Positions 17,973 through 26,684 of a stretch of DNA of 64,000 bases are shown piece after piece. Within the stretch, counting starts at the first letter, position 1, and every line of letters starts with the position of its first letter. Where the stretch lies: positions 3,847 through 67,846 of the forward strand of contig CAUSVW010000006.1 of NCBI GenBank assembly GCA_963535155.1. The letters run 5' to 3'. A program made the translations under genes and the position numbers. Under the pieces are notes generated by a model. The model saw only the letters and a list, made by a program, of their open reading frames with translations. It was not told the DNA's origin and made no database searches. The DNA is from an uncultured Atopobium sp. GTDB taxonomy: Bacteria > Actinomycetota > Coriobacteriia > Coriobacteriales > Atopobiaceae.

Positions 17973-19406
17973 ATGCTCAATCCATTCAAGAAAAGTCGTA
18001 CTGCGTACAACAATTCTTCCGTACATAAGCAGGTAGAGCGTCTTCGCACACCTCGCTATGAGCTTGATGACTCGCATACAAACGGGAGTCAACCTGGCAT
18101 TGTGGTTACATGGTGGACCAGACTTCTCTCTGCCGTGGTCTCTGGCGATATTGCTAATCAAGACGAGCAATACTTGGCACATCAAACGTCCCAGGATTAT
18201 CTCTTCAATGCACTTGGACAAGGTGCCTGGGGTGCACTTTTCCCGCTTTTAACTGTTGTTTGCTCTCAGCTTGTTGGCATTGAACAAGCAGGACTTTTCT
18301 CCATGGCATTTGTTGTGGCAACGCTTTTGTTATTTATTGCCCAATACGGTGTTCGCACGTATCAAGTTTCCGACATAGCTGAACAACGTAGTTTTTCTGA
18401 TTACCAGATTCAACGCGCAGCTACCGTTGTTGTCATGGTACTAGCAGGCCTCATTTGGTGCGTCTTTAAAGGGTACACCGAGCCCATGTTTTCTATCTGC
18501 ACGGGAGCTTTGCTTTTTAGGGCAGTTGACGGTATGGCTGATGTCTACGAAGGCCGCCTACAACAAAAAGACAAACTCTACCTCGCAGGACTCAGTCAGG
18601 CTCTTAGGTGCAGTGCCAGTTTTATTCTCTTTACTGTTGTGTTGTTTGTTACTAGAAATCTTGTATGGGCAAGCTGGAGCATGGGCATTTGTGCCCTTAT
18701 CACCCTGCTATTTGTTTCTGCTCCCCTAGCCATTCTTGAGACCGATAAAAGCGTGCACATCAAACTTGCAAACATCAAAGATATCTTTGTACAGTGCTGG
18801 CCTCTCTTTTTAGCACTTTTCCTCTACAACCTTATTGACTCGCTGCCAAAGTTTGCCATGGAAGGCACACTTTCTTACAGCAATCAGTTGTACTTCAACG
18901 CACTTTATTTCCCAGCTCACACTATTTTGATGATCTCTACACTCATCTACAGGCCACAGCTCTTCAAACTTGCTAGTTTGCTAGAAACCTCAATTCATAA
19001 TCCCGCTCATAAGAAACGCTTTGGCGTAATTGTACTTGCAATGTTTGGAGCCATTGCCGTAGTCACCATTGGTACCGCTGCATTTGTCGAGTTCATTGGC
19101 ATTCCTCTTAACGGCTTCTTGTATGGCGCTGATTTTGAGCAATATCGTGGACTTGCACGCATTATGGTGGCCACGGGTGGACTTTGTGCTGCGATCGACT
19201 TTTTATACCAACTCATCACGATCATGCGAGTTCAAAAAGCCGTTACACGCGCTTACCTCATTTCATTTGCTGTATCCATCCCCATTATCTGGATGATGGT
19301 CAGCTTTACTGGTCTTAACGGCGCAGTTATTGGCAGCTTCTCATCCATCCTTATCCTCTTCTTACTGCTCATCAGCGAATACGCCGTAGCACGTATGAAA
19401 AACTAG
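17973..19406 (+). CDS. Polysaccharide biosynthesis/flippase-like (Wzx/MATE superfamily) membrane protein
   Basis: About 12 TM segments; YGVRTYQVSD motif shared with the paralog at 43448-44698. Confidence 0.75.
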   Translation: MLNPFKKSRTAYNNSSVHKQVERLRTPRYELDDSHTNGSQPGIVVTWWTRLLSAVVSGDIANQDEQYLAHQTSQDYLFNALGQGAWGALFPLLTVVCSQLVGIEQAGLFSMAFVVATLLLFIAQYGVRTYQVSDIAEQRSFSDYQIQRAATVVVMVLAGLIWCVFKGYTEPMFSICTGALLFRAVDGMADVYEGRLQQKDKLYLAGLSQALRCSASFILFTVVLFVTRNLVWASWSMGICALITLLFVSAPLAILETDKSVHIKLANIKDIFVQCWPLFLALFLYNLIDSLPKFAMEGTLSYSNQLYFNALYFPAHTILMISTLIYRPQLFKLASLLETSIHNPAHKKRFGVIVLAMFGAIAVVTIGTAAFVEFIGIPLNGFLYGADFEQYRGLARIMVATGGLCAAIDFLYQLITIMRVQKAVTRAYLISFAVSIPIIWMMVSFTGLNGAVIGSFSSILILFLLLISEYAVARMKN

Positions 19407-19429
19407 CAAACAAATTGATGCTTAAACGC

Positions 19430-19468
19430 AAAACCCCTCTGCTCCATACGTTGGAACAGAGGGGTTTT
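19430..19468. terminator. Bidirectional terminator between convergent genes
   Basis: AAAACCCCTCTG...CAGAGGGGTTTT. Confidence 0.8.
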
Positions 19469-19519
19469 AATGCATATAGCGAGAAACCCGTCTGCTAGAG
19501 GGGTTTCTCGACAATGAGC

Positions 19520-19837
19520 TTAGAAGGAGCAGGCGCCGCCGATAGTGCAAGCATCTGCTGCAGAGCCGTCATCTGAATCATCGTTTGAACCAGAAACATG
19601 GAAGACCTCGGAGAGGTAGTTAATGATGTCGCCGGACTCATACATTGCCTTGCCGTCAATGAACAGACATGGAACCTGACGCTTGCCGCCAACCTCAATG
19701 AGGCGCTCGCGAGCTGCGTCATCAGCAACAATGTCATGCATAGGAAGCTCAATGTTGTTCTGCTCCATGAAGGACATTACCTTATGGCAGTATGGGCAGG
19801 TTGGCTTGTAAAAAAGCTCGAGATTCTGAGTAGCCAT
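19520..19837 (-). CDS. Glutaredoxin-like protein
   Basis: CPYC active site, GGKRQVPCLFIDG; start at MATQN with AAAGGAG RBS. Confidence 0.9.
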   Translation of the reverse strand: MATQNLELFYKPTCPYCHKVMSFMEQNNIELPMHDIVADDAARERLIEVGGKRQVPCLFIDGKAMYESGDIINYLSEVFHVSGSNDDSDDGSAADACTIGGACSF

Positions 19838-19920
19838 AAAAACTCCTTTGTTAGTAATTACTACTACTTTGTCTATACCCACCACAGTGTAGTTGTTTCA
19901 CATGGATTTAGATAGGCATA

Positions 19921-19946
19921 AAAATAGCCGCACAAGGCGGCTATTT
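19921..19946 (-). terminator. Terminator downstream of the tRNA
   Basis: AAATAGCCG...CGGCTATTT stem with a U tract. Confidence 0.75.
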
Positions 19947-19955
19947 AATAGTTAG

Positions 19956-20031
19956 TGGTGCCAGCAACCAGGATCGAACTGATGACCCCCGCTTTACGAG
20001 AGCGGTGCTCTACCAACTGAGCTATGCTGGC
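19956..20031 (-). tRNA. tRNA-Thr(CGT)
   Basis: GCCAGCATAGCTCAGTTGGTAGAGCACCGCT-CTCGTAA-AGCGGGGGTCATCAGTTCGATCCTGGTTGCTGGCACCA; 76 nt, anticodon CGT, encoded CCA. Confidence 0.96.
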
Positions 20032-20088
20032 GTGCAAAAGCGCGCTAACAACTATACGGGGAAGCCCCATATTATTCAAGCAGAAATA

Positions 20089-21279
20089 CTAAAGAAGCCC
20101 GAGAACACCACGAACAAGGCGCTCAAGATCGTCTGCGTACTTCTCGGATGCCTCTTGAACACTCTTATGCGTAGTTCCATGAGCACCAGCTGAATTTGCT
20201 GCAAGCGTTAGAGCTAATACATTCATATCAAGTGCTCGGGCCATAATAACCTCAAGAGCTGTGGAAACGCCAACGTATGAAACGCCAAAGCTGCGAAGCA
20301 TAGCAACCTCTGCTGGAGTCTCAAAATTTGGTCCCAAAAGGCCAGCAAAAACACCTTCATTGAGCTCAATCTTAAGGTCATCTGCTACGCCACGTGCAAG
20401 CGTTCTTAGGTAAGGCGAGAAGGCATCATTCATATCAACAAATGGCGTCTCGACATCGCGAAGGCCCGCCCACTCTGCAAGCGGATTGGTTCCGGTGAGG
20501 TTGATCTGGTCAGTAATAACACCAAGACCAGTCTTTGCGTTACCAGAAACAGCGCCTGTTGCACCTGCAAAGATAATATCTTTGCAGCCCAAGTGATGTG
20601 CATGCTGAACAAGAGAGGTTACCTCAGCTGCAGAATAGCCCTGATAGAGGTGCACACGACCAGGATAGACAACTACAGGCACGCCATCGATAGTACCAAT
20701 GGTTGCTTCAAAGCTGTGACCTGCCATAGGAGAAGCGTCAACAGGGAAACCTGGAATGTCACGATAATCAATACGACGAACTGGCTTTACCAGATCGGCA
20801 AGATGGCCAAGTCCAGTTCCCAAAATAAGAGCAACAGGATGCTCAACAGATGGGCTTACATTCTCAATGGTTTTCTCGGTAACCACGCAAATCCCCTCCT
20901 CTAAGAGGTGACGAGTAAGTGTTCCCTCGCCAGAAACAAGCTTTCCTGAGTACGTACCATCATAAATCTCATGTACGCCACAAGACGGGCTCTTTGCCTT
21001 CAAAACGGCGAGCGTGATGTCAGAAGACGTAACGGCATTAAGAGCAATCTTAGATCCACGTTCAAAATCTTCTGTAACATCCGAGCCATCCTTGAGCCAA
21101 ACACGTCCTTCTCGCTGCTCCGCTGGTGGACGAGGCACAGGGAGACCTGAGGAAGTCTCGGGGCAGATCTTTGTGACGTTTACTTTTTCTGCAAGCCTTT
21201 GTACTGCAGAAACAGGCTTGGCCCCTCCGTCATATCTGACGGGGAGGCCAAGTAAACAAGCGCTAATAGCAACTTTCAT
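20089..21279 (-). CDS. Fusion of a DUF523 (TudS thiouracil desulfidase-like) domain and a purine nucleoside phosphorylase-like domain
   Basis: N-terminal SACLLG..RYDG, CPE, KSPSCG; C-terminal LILGTGLG, GRVHLYQG, DQINL, GPNFETPAE. Confidence 0.85.
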   Translation of the reverse strand: MKVAISACLLGLPVRYDGGAKPVSAVQRLAEKVNVTKICPETSSGLPVPRPPAEQREGRVWLKDGSDVTEDFERGSKIALNAVTSSDITLAVLKAKSPSCGVHEIYDGTYSGKLVSGEGTLTRHLLEEGICVVTEKTIENVSPSVEHPVALILGTGLGHLADLVKPVRRIDYRDIPGFPVDASPMAGHSFEATIGTIDGVPVVVYPGRVHLYQGYSAAEVTSLVQHAHHLGCKDIIFAGATGAVSGNAKTGLGVITDQINLTGTNPLAEWAGLRDVETPFVDMNDAFSPYLRTLARGVADDLKIELNEGVFAGLLGPNFETPAEVAMLRSFGVSYVGVSTALEVIMARALDMNVLALTLAANSAGAHGTTHKSVQEASEKYADDLERLVRGVLGLL

Positions 21280-21292
21280 TGCTTTTCAGATC

Positions 21293-22141
21293 CTAGAGAG
21301 CAAGAGAGTAAACAGCAATAGATGCCTTACCAAGAATCTCGTTGATCTTCTGTGACCACTCCTGAGAAGCCTTGCTTGCAACAGCAGAGTACTTGCTCAT
21401 TGCAACCTGATAAGCGGTCTGAGCAGCTGCATAAGAAGCGGAATCGTTGGAGATTGAATAAGCAGAAAGCTGCTTGTAGTAATCGCCATCCTGGGAAGCC
21501 CAAGTGTTGTTCTTAGCGTCCCACTCATCACCAGCAAGACCAATGATGTACTGAGCGTACTCCTGGCTTGTAGTCTCAGAGTTGCCGTCCTCAGGTGCTG
21601 TTGGTGCCTGTGGAGCATCTGGAAGGGTTGTAGTCAGAACGCTATCACGATACTTCTTCATAATGACAGCATCATTAATAAGCTTCTTTGCAACGTCTTC
21701 AGAGAGCTTGTATGCAGAAGCAACCTGGCTAACATCAGTAGTCTTGAAGTTGGTCTGCATGTAATTGTTGACCTCGTCATCAGTGACGGTAATACCCTTA
21801 CTCTGAGCCTCAGCAACAACAAGAGCATTACGAACGTAACCAATAATCTTATCCGCTGGTGGGACAGCATAGGTGCCGTCAGACTGCTTTGCTGCGTCAA
21901 GACCGGAAGTGTTCTCAATAACCTCACGAGCAGTTACTTCTTTGGTCTGACCGTTGTAGGTATAAGAAGCAATAGGAGTGTTGAGCTCACCCTCAGAAAG
22001 TGTGGTGCGACCGTTCAAAGAACCAGTAGCTCCGCCACCACCAAGGAGGAAGCGACCGATGACAATACCAAGAGCAAACAATACAACTGCGCCTACTCCG
22101 ATAAAGATCTTTGAGTTCTTTTTTACATCAATAGATGGCAT
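21293..22141 (-). CDS. Membrane-anchored exported protein, possibly SurA/PrsA N-terminal-like
   Basis: Single N-terminal TM; LVVAEAQSKGITVTDDEV resembles the SurA_N helix; no PPIase motif recognised. Confidence 0.55.
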   Translation of the reverse strand: MPSIDVKKNSKIFIGVGAVVLFALGIVIGRFLLGGGGATGSLNGRTTLSEGELNTPIASYTYNGQTKEVTAREVIENTSGLDAAKQSDGTYAVPPADKIIGYVRNALVVAEAQSKGITVTDDEVNNYMQTNFKTTDVSQVASAYKLSEDVAKKLINDAVIMKKYRDSVLTTTLPDAPQAPTAPEDGNSETTSQEYAQYIIGLAGDEWDAKNNTWASQDGDYYKQLSAYSISNDSASYAAAQTAYQVAMSKYSAVASKASQEWSQKINEILGKASIAVYSLAL

Positions 22142-22274
22142 ATCCTTGCCTTTCATCGCTTAATGCAACTATGCGTACATAATACAAACCTGTAGTTTAC
22201 TCTTATTAGCATGCATAAAACATACAACCAGTAAACTCCCCCGTTTGCACACAGTCGTTTACATGCAAAACAAA

Positions 22275-22961
22275 CTATTTGGTAGCTGCAACAATCTCTT
22301 CCGAATACTGTTTGATGTATCCAGTGGCATTTTCTGCATCAAACTTCATGCGCTGAGACAATGCCTTCTTCACATCCTTAGAAATAGTTCCGTGTGCTAA
22401 GGCGAGAAGACCCTGGAGCATATCATGGTACTCAGCATCTCCGTGATAACACTGAACCGCCTCATCAAGAAGTGGCCATGCTTCATCAGAATGCTTTGCA
22501 GAAGTTGCTCCGTACTGACAGAGGAACAAAAATGCTGCCAGGCGCACCGTTGCTGAGTCATCGTCAAACAGAGAAGCCTCAGCAGCATCAAATGCCTTAA
22601 AGACCTGGTCACCAAAGTGAGCGCTCAGATTGGCAAGCGCATCAAGTACTTCCCAACGGGTTTGTGCCTCTGGCCTATATAGTGCATCAATAAGAGAATC
22701 AATGTGCTCTTCAAAAGCAAGAGGAGCAATATGGGCCAGCTCCGCAAGCTCATGAGAAGCGTCTTGACGAGCGCGCCTACTAGCATCAGATAAAGCAATG
22801 ACCAGTGCATTCACTTTTTTCATCTGTGCCATAGTTGGCTTTTTAGTAGCCTTTTTAGCAGGTTGCTTTTCTTCTTTTGGCGCCTTTGTAGAGCCCGCTT
22901 TTGCGGTTGCCTTAGTTGAAGCCTTTTTTGGCTTCTGAGCAGTTTCTTTCTTTTCTGCCAT
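22275..22961 (-). CDS. HEAT-repeat-like hypothetical protein with a Lys/Ala-rich N-terminal tail
   Basis: Repeated helical units (ALSDASRRARQDAS, LFDDDSATVRLAA). Confidence 0.65.
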   Translation of the reverse strand: MAEKKETAQKPKKASTKATAKAGSTKAPKEEKQPAKKATKKPTMAQMKKVNALVIALSDASRRARQDASHELAELAHIAPLAFEEHIDSLIDALYRPEAQTRWEVLDALANLSAHFGDQVFKAFDAAEASLFDDDSATVRLAAFLFLCQYGATSAKHSDEAWPLLDEAVQCYHGDAEYHDMLQGLLALAHGTISKDVKKALSQRMKFDAENATGYIKQYSEEIVAATK

Positions 22962-22989
22962 GAAACCTAAATCCTCTCTAAAACACCCT

Positions 22990-23772
22990 TTATTCTCTAA
23001 ATCCGTCTACGACAACGGTGCCGCTTTTTTGATCCTCATGAATTTTAATAAATCCAAGGCTCGATGCTTCACGTAAAAGAGAAGTAAACGAACGATATCC
23101 ATAAGTTGCCTCAGCAAACTGTGGACGCTTCCTTCGCATAGTCTCCTTTAAACGAGACGCATAAATAAATGTTTCGCTTTCGCGCTCCAAAGACTCAATG
23201 GTCTCAAATAAGAGCTGATAGCAGTCGTGTTTCTCGACAGGTACCTTCTCTTTAAAGTCAGGAATTCTGCCAGAACTCAAAATATCCTCGTAGAAGATAA
23301 ACTCGTCACAAACTTCAGCAAGAAGCGAGCTGGTAGACTCCTTCATACCAACGCCAATGACTGTTTTACCAGCCTCTTTAAGCTTTGCCACGAGTGGCGA
23401 GAAGTCCGAGTCACCAGAGAGAACGGCAAAAGTATCAATGTGGTCTTTAGTAAGACACATCTCAACAGCATCTACCGCAAGTCTAATATCAGCAGAGTTC
23501 TTGCCGGTATAAGCCCTATCTGGAATCTCAATGAGCTCAATGCCAAGCTCATGCAGGGGTGTAATAGCATTTGGAAAGCGCTGCCAATCGCAGTATGCAC
23601 GCTTAGCAGTAATACGACCCTTATCAACAAGCCTCTCCATAATGAGCTTCATCTCTGGAAGATGGCCTGGCTCTTGATGACCGTTGCGCTTTCTTTTACC
23701 TGTTCCTAGTGCCAAATTTTCATAATCGATGAAAACCGCAATAGAGCTCTGAGGAGTAGAAATATCACTCAT
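22990..23772 (-). CDS. NYN-domain (LabA/DUF88) protein with a C-terminal OST-HTH/LOTUS domain
   Basis: AVFIDYEN, KNSADIRLAVDA, SGDSDFSPL, FAEATYGYRSFTSLL. Confidence 0.9.
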   Translation of the reverse strand: MSDISTPQSSIAVFIDYENLALGTGKRKRNGHQEPGHLPEMKLIMERLVDKGRITAKRAYCDWQRFPNAITPLHELGIELIEIPDRAYTGKNSADIRLAVDAVEMCLTKDHIDTFAVLSGDSDFSPLVAKLKEAGKTVIGVGMKESTSSLLAEVCDEFIFYEDILSSGRIPDFKEKVPVEKHDCYQLLFETIESLERESETFIYASRLKETMRRKRPQFAEATYGYRSFTSLLREASSLGFIKIHEDQKSGTVVVDGFRE

Positions 23773-23798
23773 AATCGGGGTTCCTTTGCGGCTAGCAC

Positions 23799-24863
23799 TT
23801 AGTGGCAGCAGTGGCCGTCATGACCGTGCTCGTGACCTTCATGCTCATGATGATGTCCGTGACCCTGGCACTCACACTCGTGATCACCATCTTCGTGGTC
23901 GTGACCACAGCAGCACTCGTGCTCACCCTCATCTTCCTGGCTCTCAAGAAGCGACCAGTCAAGACCAGCTGCAGTGCTCGTAGCCTCATCAGCATAAAGC
24001 AGCGAGATTGCCTGGGTACCCTTGCGAGCGCCACCAATCTGGCAAAGCATGTCATACAGGGTAAAGGCGGTCTCTGCACCAGGGAGGGTTATCTCAAGGT
24101 CCTCAGACTGAGCAAGAGCAAGCGCAATATCCTTGCGGAAGTGCTCAGACAAAAATCCTGGTTGGAAGTCTCCCTCAAGCGACTTAGGAGCAAGCTCTTT
24201 AAGTGCACGAGAAGAACCCATACCACTAGCAACAACCTCAAGCATCTGCTCAACGTCAAGTCCACCTTGCTCTGCCAAGGCCATTGCGTCTGCATAGCCA
24301 ATCATGCAGGAAGCAAGGGATACCTGGTTACAAAGCTTTGCGGTCTGACCCTTACCAGCGCCACCCATGCAGAAAATCTTTGCCGAGAAGGTCTCGAGAA
24401 GAGCGCGTACTGGTTCAACGTCGTTCTCAGTTGCGCCGACAATCAGCGTAAGAGTACCGTCCTGAGCACCCTTCTGGCCGCCCGTAACCGGACAGTCAAA
24501 GGCGTGCTTTCCCTCAACCTCAGCAGCATCGTGAATATCACGAGCAAGCTGAGATGAAGAAGTGGTCAGATCAATAAGGTATGCGCCCTTCTTAGCAACG
24601 CGGATAAGACCATCTGTTGCCAAGTAAACATCTTCAACATCAGTTGGATAACCAACCATGGTAAAGACAACGTCAGCGTCTTTTGCAGCATCTGCCACAC
24701 TCTCTGCAGCGTGAGCGCCCAACGAGACAAGCTTTTGTGCTTTCTCTGGTGTTCTGTTGTAAACAGTAACGTCATAACCAGCAGAAATAAGATGCTCTGC
24801 AATAGGAGCGCCCATAATTCCTATTCCAATAAAAGCAACCTTTGCATTCTTGCTCAGTGCCAT
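23799..24863 (-). CDS. NAD(P)-dependent oxidoreductase (3-hydroxyisobutyrate/tartronate semialdehyde reductase family) with a His/Cys-rich tail
   Basis: GIGIMG Rossmann motif, DCPVTGG, KLCNQ, FRKD. Confidence 0.9.
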   Translation of the reverse strand: MALSKNAKVAFIGIGIMGAPIAEHLISAGYDVTVYNRTPEKAQKLVSLGAHAAESVADAAKDADVVFTMVGYPTDVEDVYLATDGLIRVAKKGAYLIDLTTSSSQLARDIHDAAEVEGKHAFDCPVTGGQKGAQDGTLTLIVGATENDVEPVRALLETFSAKIFCMGGAGKGQTAKLCNQVSLASCMIGYADAMALAEQGGLDVEQMLEVVASGMGSSRALKELAPKSLEGDFQPGFLSEHFRKDIALALAQSEDLEITLPGAETAFTLYDMLCQIGGARKGTQAISLLYADEATSTAAGLDWSLLESQEDEGEHECCCGHDHEDGDHECECQGHGHHHEHEGHEHGHDGHCCH

Positions 24864-24938
24864 GTATGAGTCCTTTCAGACTGAAATAAATATACAAACT
24901 GGGGCCGCTCCAAAGAGCGACCCCATACCTTGTACCCG

Positions 24939-25967
24939 TTAATTAGATTTACGAACCCTGTTAGCAATTCGGTCAGAAAGCGAAAGCTTCTCGCGGCGGT
25001 CAGTTCCCCAGAAGACAATAGCCACCATGCCTGGTCCAACGTGAGCACCAATGACTGGTCCTACCTGGCTATGAATAATGGTAAGTCCCTCGCAGCCCTT
25101 CTCTTTACGAATCTGAGCCTCTAGCCAATTAGCGTCCTTCTGTGCGTCTGCAGAAATAATGCCAACAGGAAGCGAGGTGTCATGAGAATAACTATCTCTA
25201 AAGTCCTGGATAAGAGACTTGAGTGCCTTCTTGCGGCCTCTGCACACTGTCTTGACGGTAAGAGCTCCTGTTGAGTCATAGGTAAGCTCTGGCTTTACAT
25301 CAAGTTTGCCGCCAATATTTGCTGCAGCAGCAGGAATACGACCGCCCGCAGCAAGAGCATCCAAGGTCTCAAGTGTTAAGTAGCCATGTATATAGTTACG
25401 CGCATCTGCTGCCCACTCGGCAATCTCTTTTGCCGAGAGACCCTTATTGGCCTGATGTACTGCCTCAAGACCCAAAAGCTGAGCTGCGGACGAAGGTGCA
25501 CCATTGTCGACTACGTAAATCTCAAAGTCTGGGTATTTCTCTCTTACCATATCTGCTGCTTGCTCAGCTGCATAGTAGGATGAAGAAAGTGCAGAGGTAA
25601 AGCAAAGATATACCGTTGGAGTGCTCTGCTTTGCAGCACGCTCAAAGACCTCGAGGTAATGACCAGGAGTAATTGCAGAGGTAGTGTAGCGCAGCTTTTT
25701 GTCTTTGCGCATGCCCTCAAAGAACTCATGTGCACTGATACTCTTCCAGCCGTCATCATAGTGCTCTCCATCTGGTCCCACATAAGGGAACTGGATGATA
25801 TCAACACCTAGCTGTTCAGCAATTCCTGGAGCAAAGTCTGCGCAGGAGTCCATGATGATTCGAACGTTACTGGGCTTATGATATGCAGCTGAAAGCTCAG
25901 TAGGCTCAAGATCTTCAAAGGCAACCTCGCTGATTTCTTCTTCGGCTTTATCTTTTTTATTGAACAT
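24939..25967 (-). CDS. DegV family fatty-acid-binding protein
   Basis: IIMDSCAD, TTSAITPG, SALSSSY, GGRI, HVGPG; start at MFNKK overlapping the end of hpf. Confidence 0.9.
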   Translation of the reverse strand: MFNKKDKAEEEISEVAFEDLEPTELSAAYHKPSNVRIIMDSCADFAPGIAEQLGVDIIQFPYVGPDGEHYDDGWKSISAHEFFEGMRKDKKLRYTTSAITPGHYLEVFERAAKQSTPTVYLCFTSALSSSYYAAEQAADMVREKYPDFEIYVVDNGAPSSAAQLLGLEAVHQANKGLSAKEIAEWAADARNYIHGYLTLETLDALAAGGRIPAAAANIGGKLDVKPELTYDSTGALTVKTVCRGRKKALKSLIQDFRDSYSHDTSLPVGIISADAQKDANWLEAQIRKEKGCEGLTIIHSQVGPVIGAHVGPGMVAIVFWGTDRREKLSLSDRIANRVRKSN

Positions 25968-26547
25968 CTGGTTCCTCAATCTTAGGTTTGATAATTCCAT
26001 AACCACCATTTTTACGATGGTAGATGACATTAGTCAAACCAGTAGAAGAATTAACAAAGACATAAAAATCATGGCCGAGAAGGTCAGTTTGGACAAGCGC
26101 CTCCTCTTCCGTCATGGGCTCAAGATCAATGTATTTCTCGCGAACAAGCTGGTCATCAAGGTCTTCAGCTGGAATCTCAATGAGATTGGCAAGATCTTCT
26201 TGTGTAAGAGCAACTCCGCGCTCAGACTTTACATGATGACGGCGCTCAACAACTTTTGTCTTGTACTTACGCAGCTGTCTGGAAACTTTTTCTGCTGCTT
26301 CATCAATAGCCACATACATATCGTCAGAGCTAGCAGTGACACGAACAACATTGTTACGAACAAATACCGTAACCTCAGCTGTCTTTCTATCTGGATTTGA
26401 AGGGTTTTTGTCTACTCTAAGAACTACATCGCAAGACATAGGAGTGATGTCAAATACTTTAAGAGCATCACCGATTTTCTGATCTACGTGTGTGTGCAAA
26501 GCCTCAGAAATGCTTACCTTGCGTCCCGAAATCTTGATGTCCACCAT
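25957..26547 (-). CDS. raiA: Ribosome hibernation promoting factor (long HPF/RaiA)
   Basis: DMYVAIDEAAEKVSRQLRKYKTK; C-terminal PMTEEEAL..LLGHDFYVF. Confidence 0.95.
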   Translation of the reverse strand: MVDIKISGRKVSISEALHTHVDQKIGDALKVFDITPMSCDVVLRVDKNPSNPDRKTAEVTVFVRNNVVRVTASSDDMYVAIDEAAEKVSRQLRKYKTKVVERRHHVKSERGVALTQEDLANLIEIPAEDLDDQLVREKYIDLEPMTEEEALVQTDLLGHDFYVFVNSSTGLTNVIYHRKNGGYGIIKPKIEEPDVQ

Positions 26548-26684
26548 GGGAGCCTCCTATCGGATACACGAGACATCTTCTAACTGATGTCTGTATAACA
26601 ACAATACCCATTTGTCGGTCAATCATTCCATAAAAAGTTGAATTGAGCGGTAAACGGTTAGAGACTATTTCTCTTTATGTGCGA

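Noticed and set aside
19956..20031. tRNA-Thr as a possible island integration site
   Set aside because: No integrase, no duplicated tRNA 3' end, and flanking genes look core
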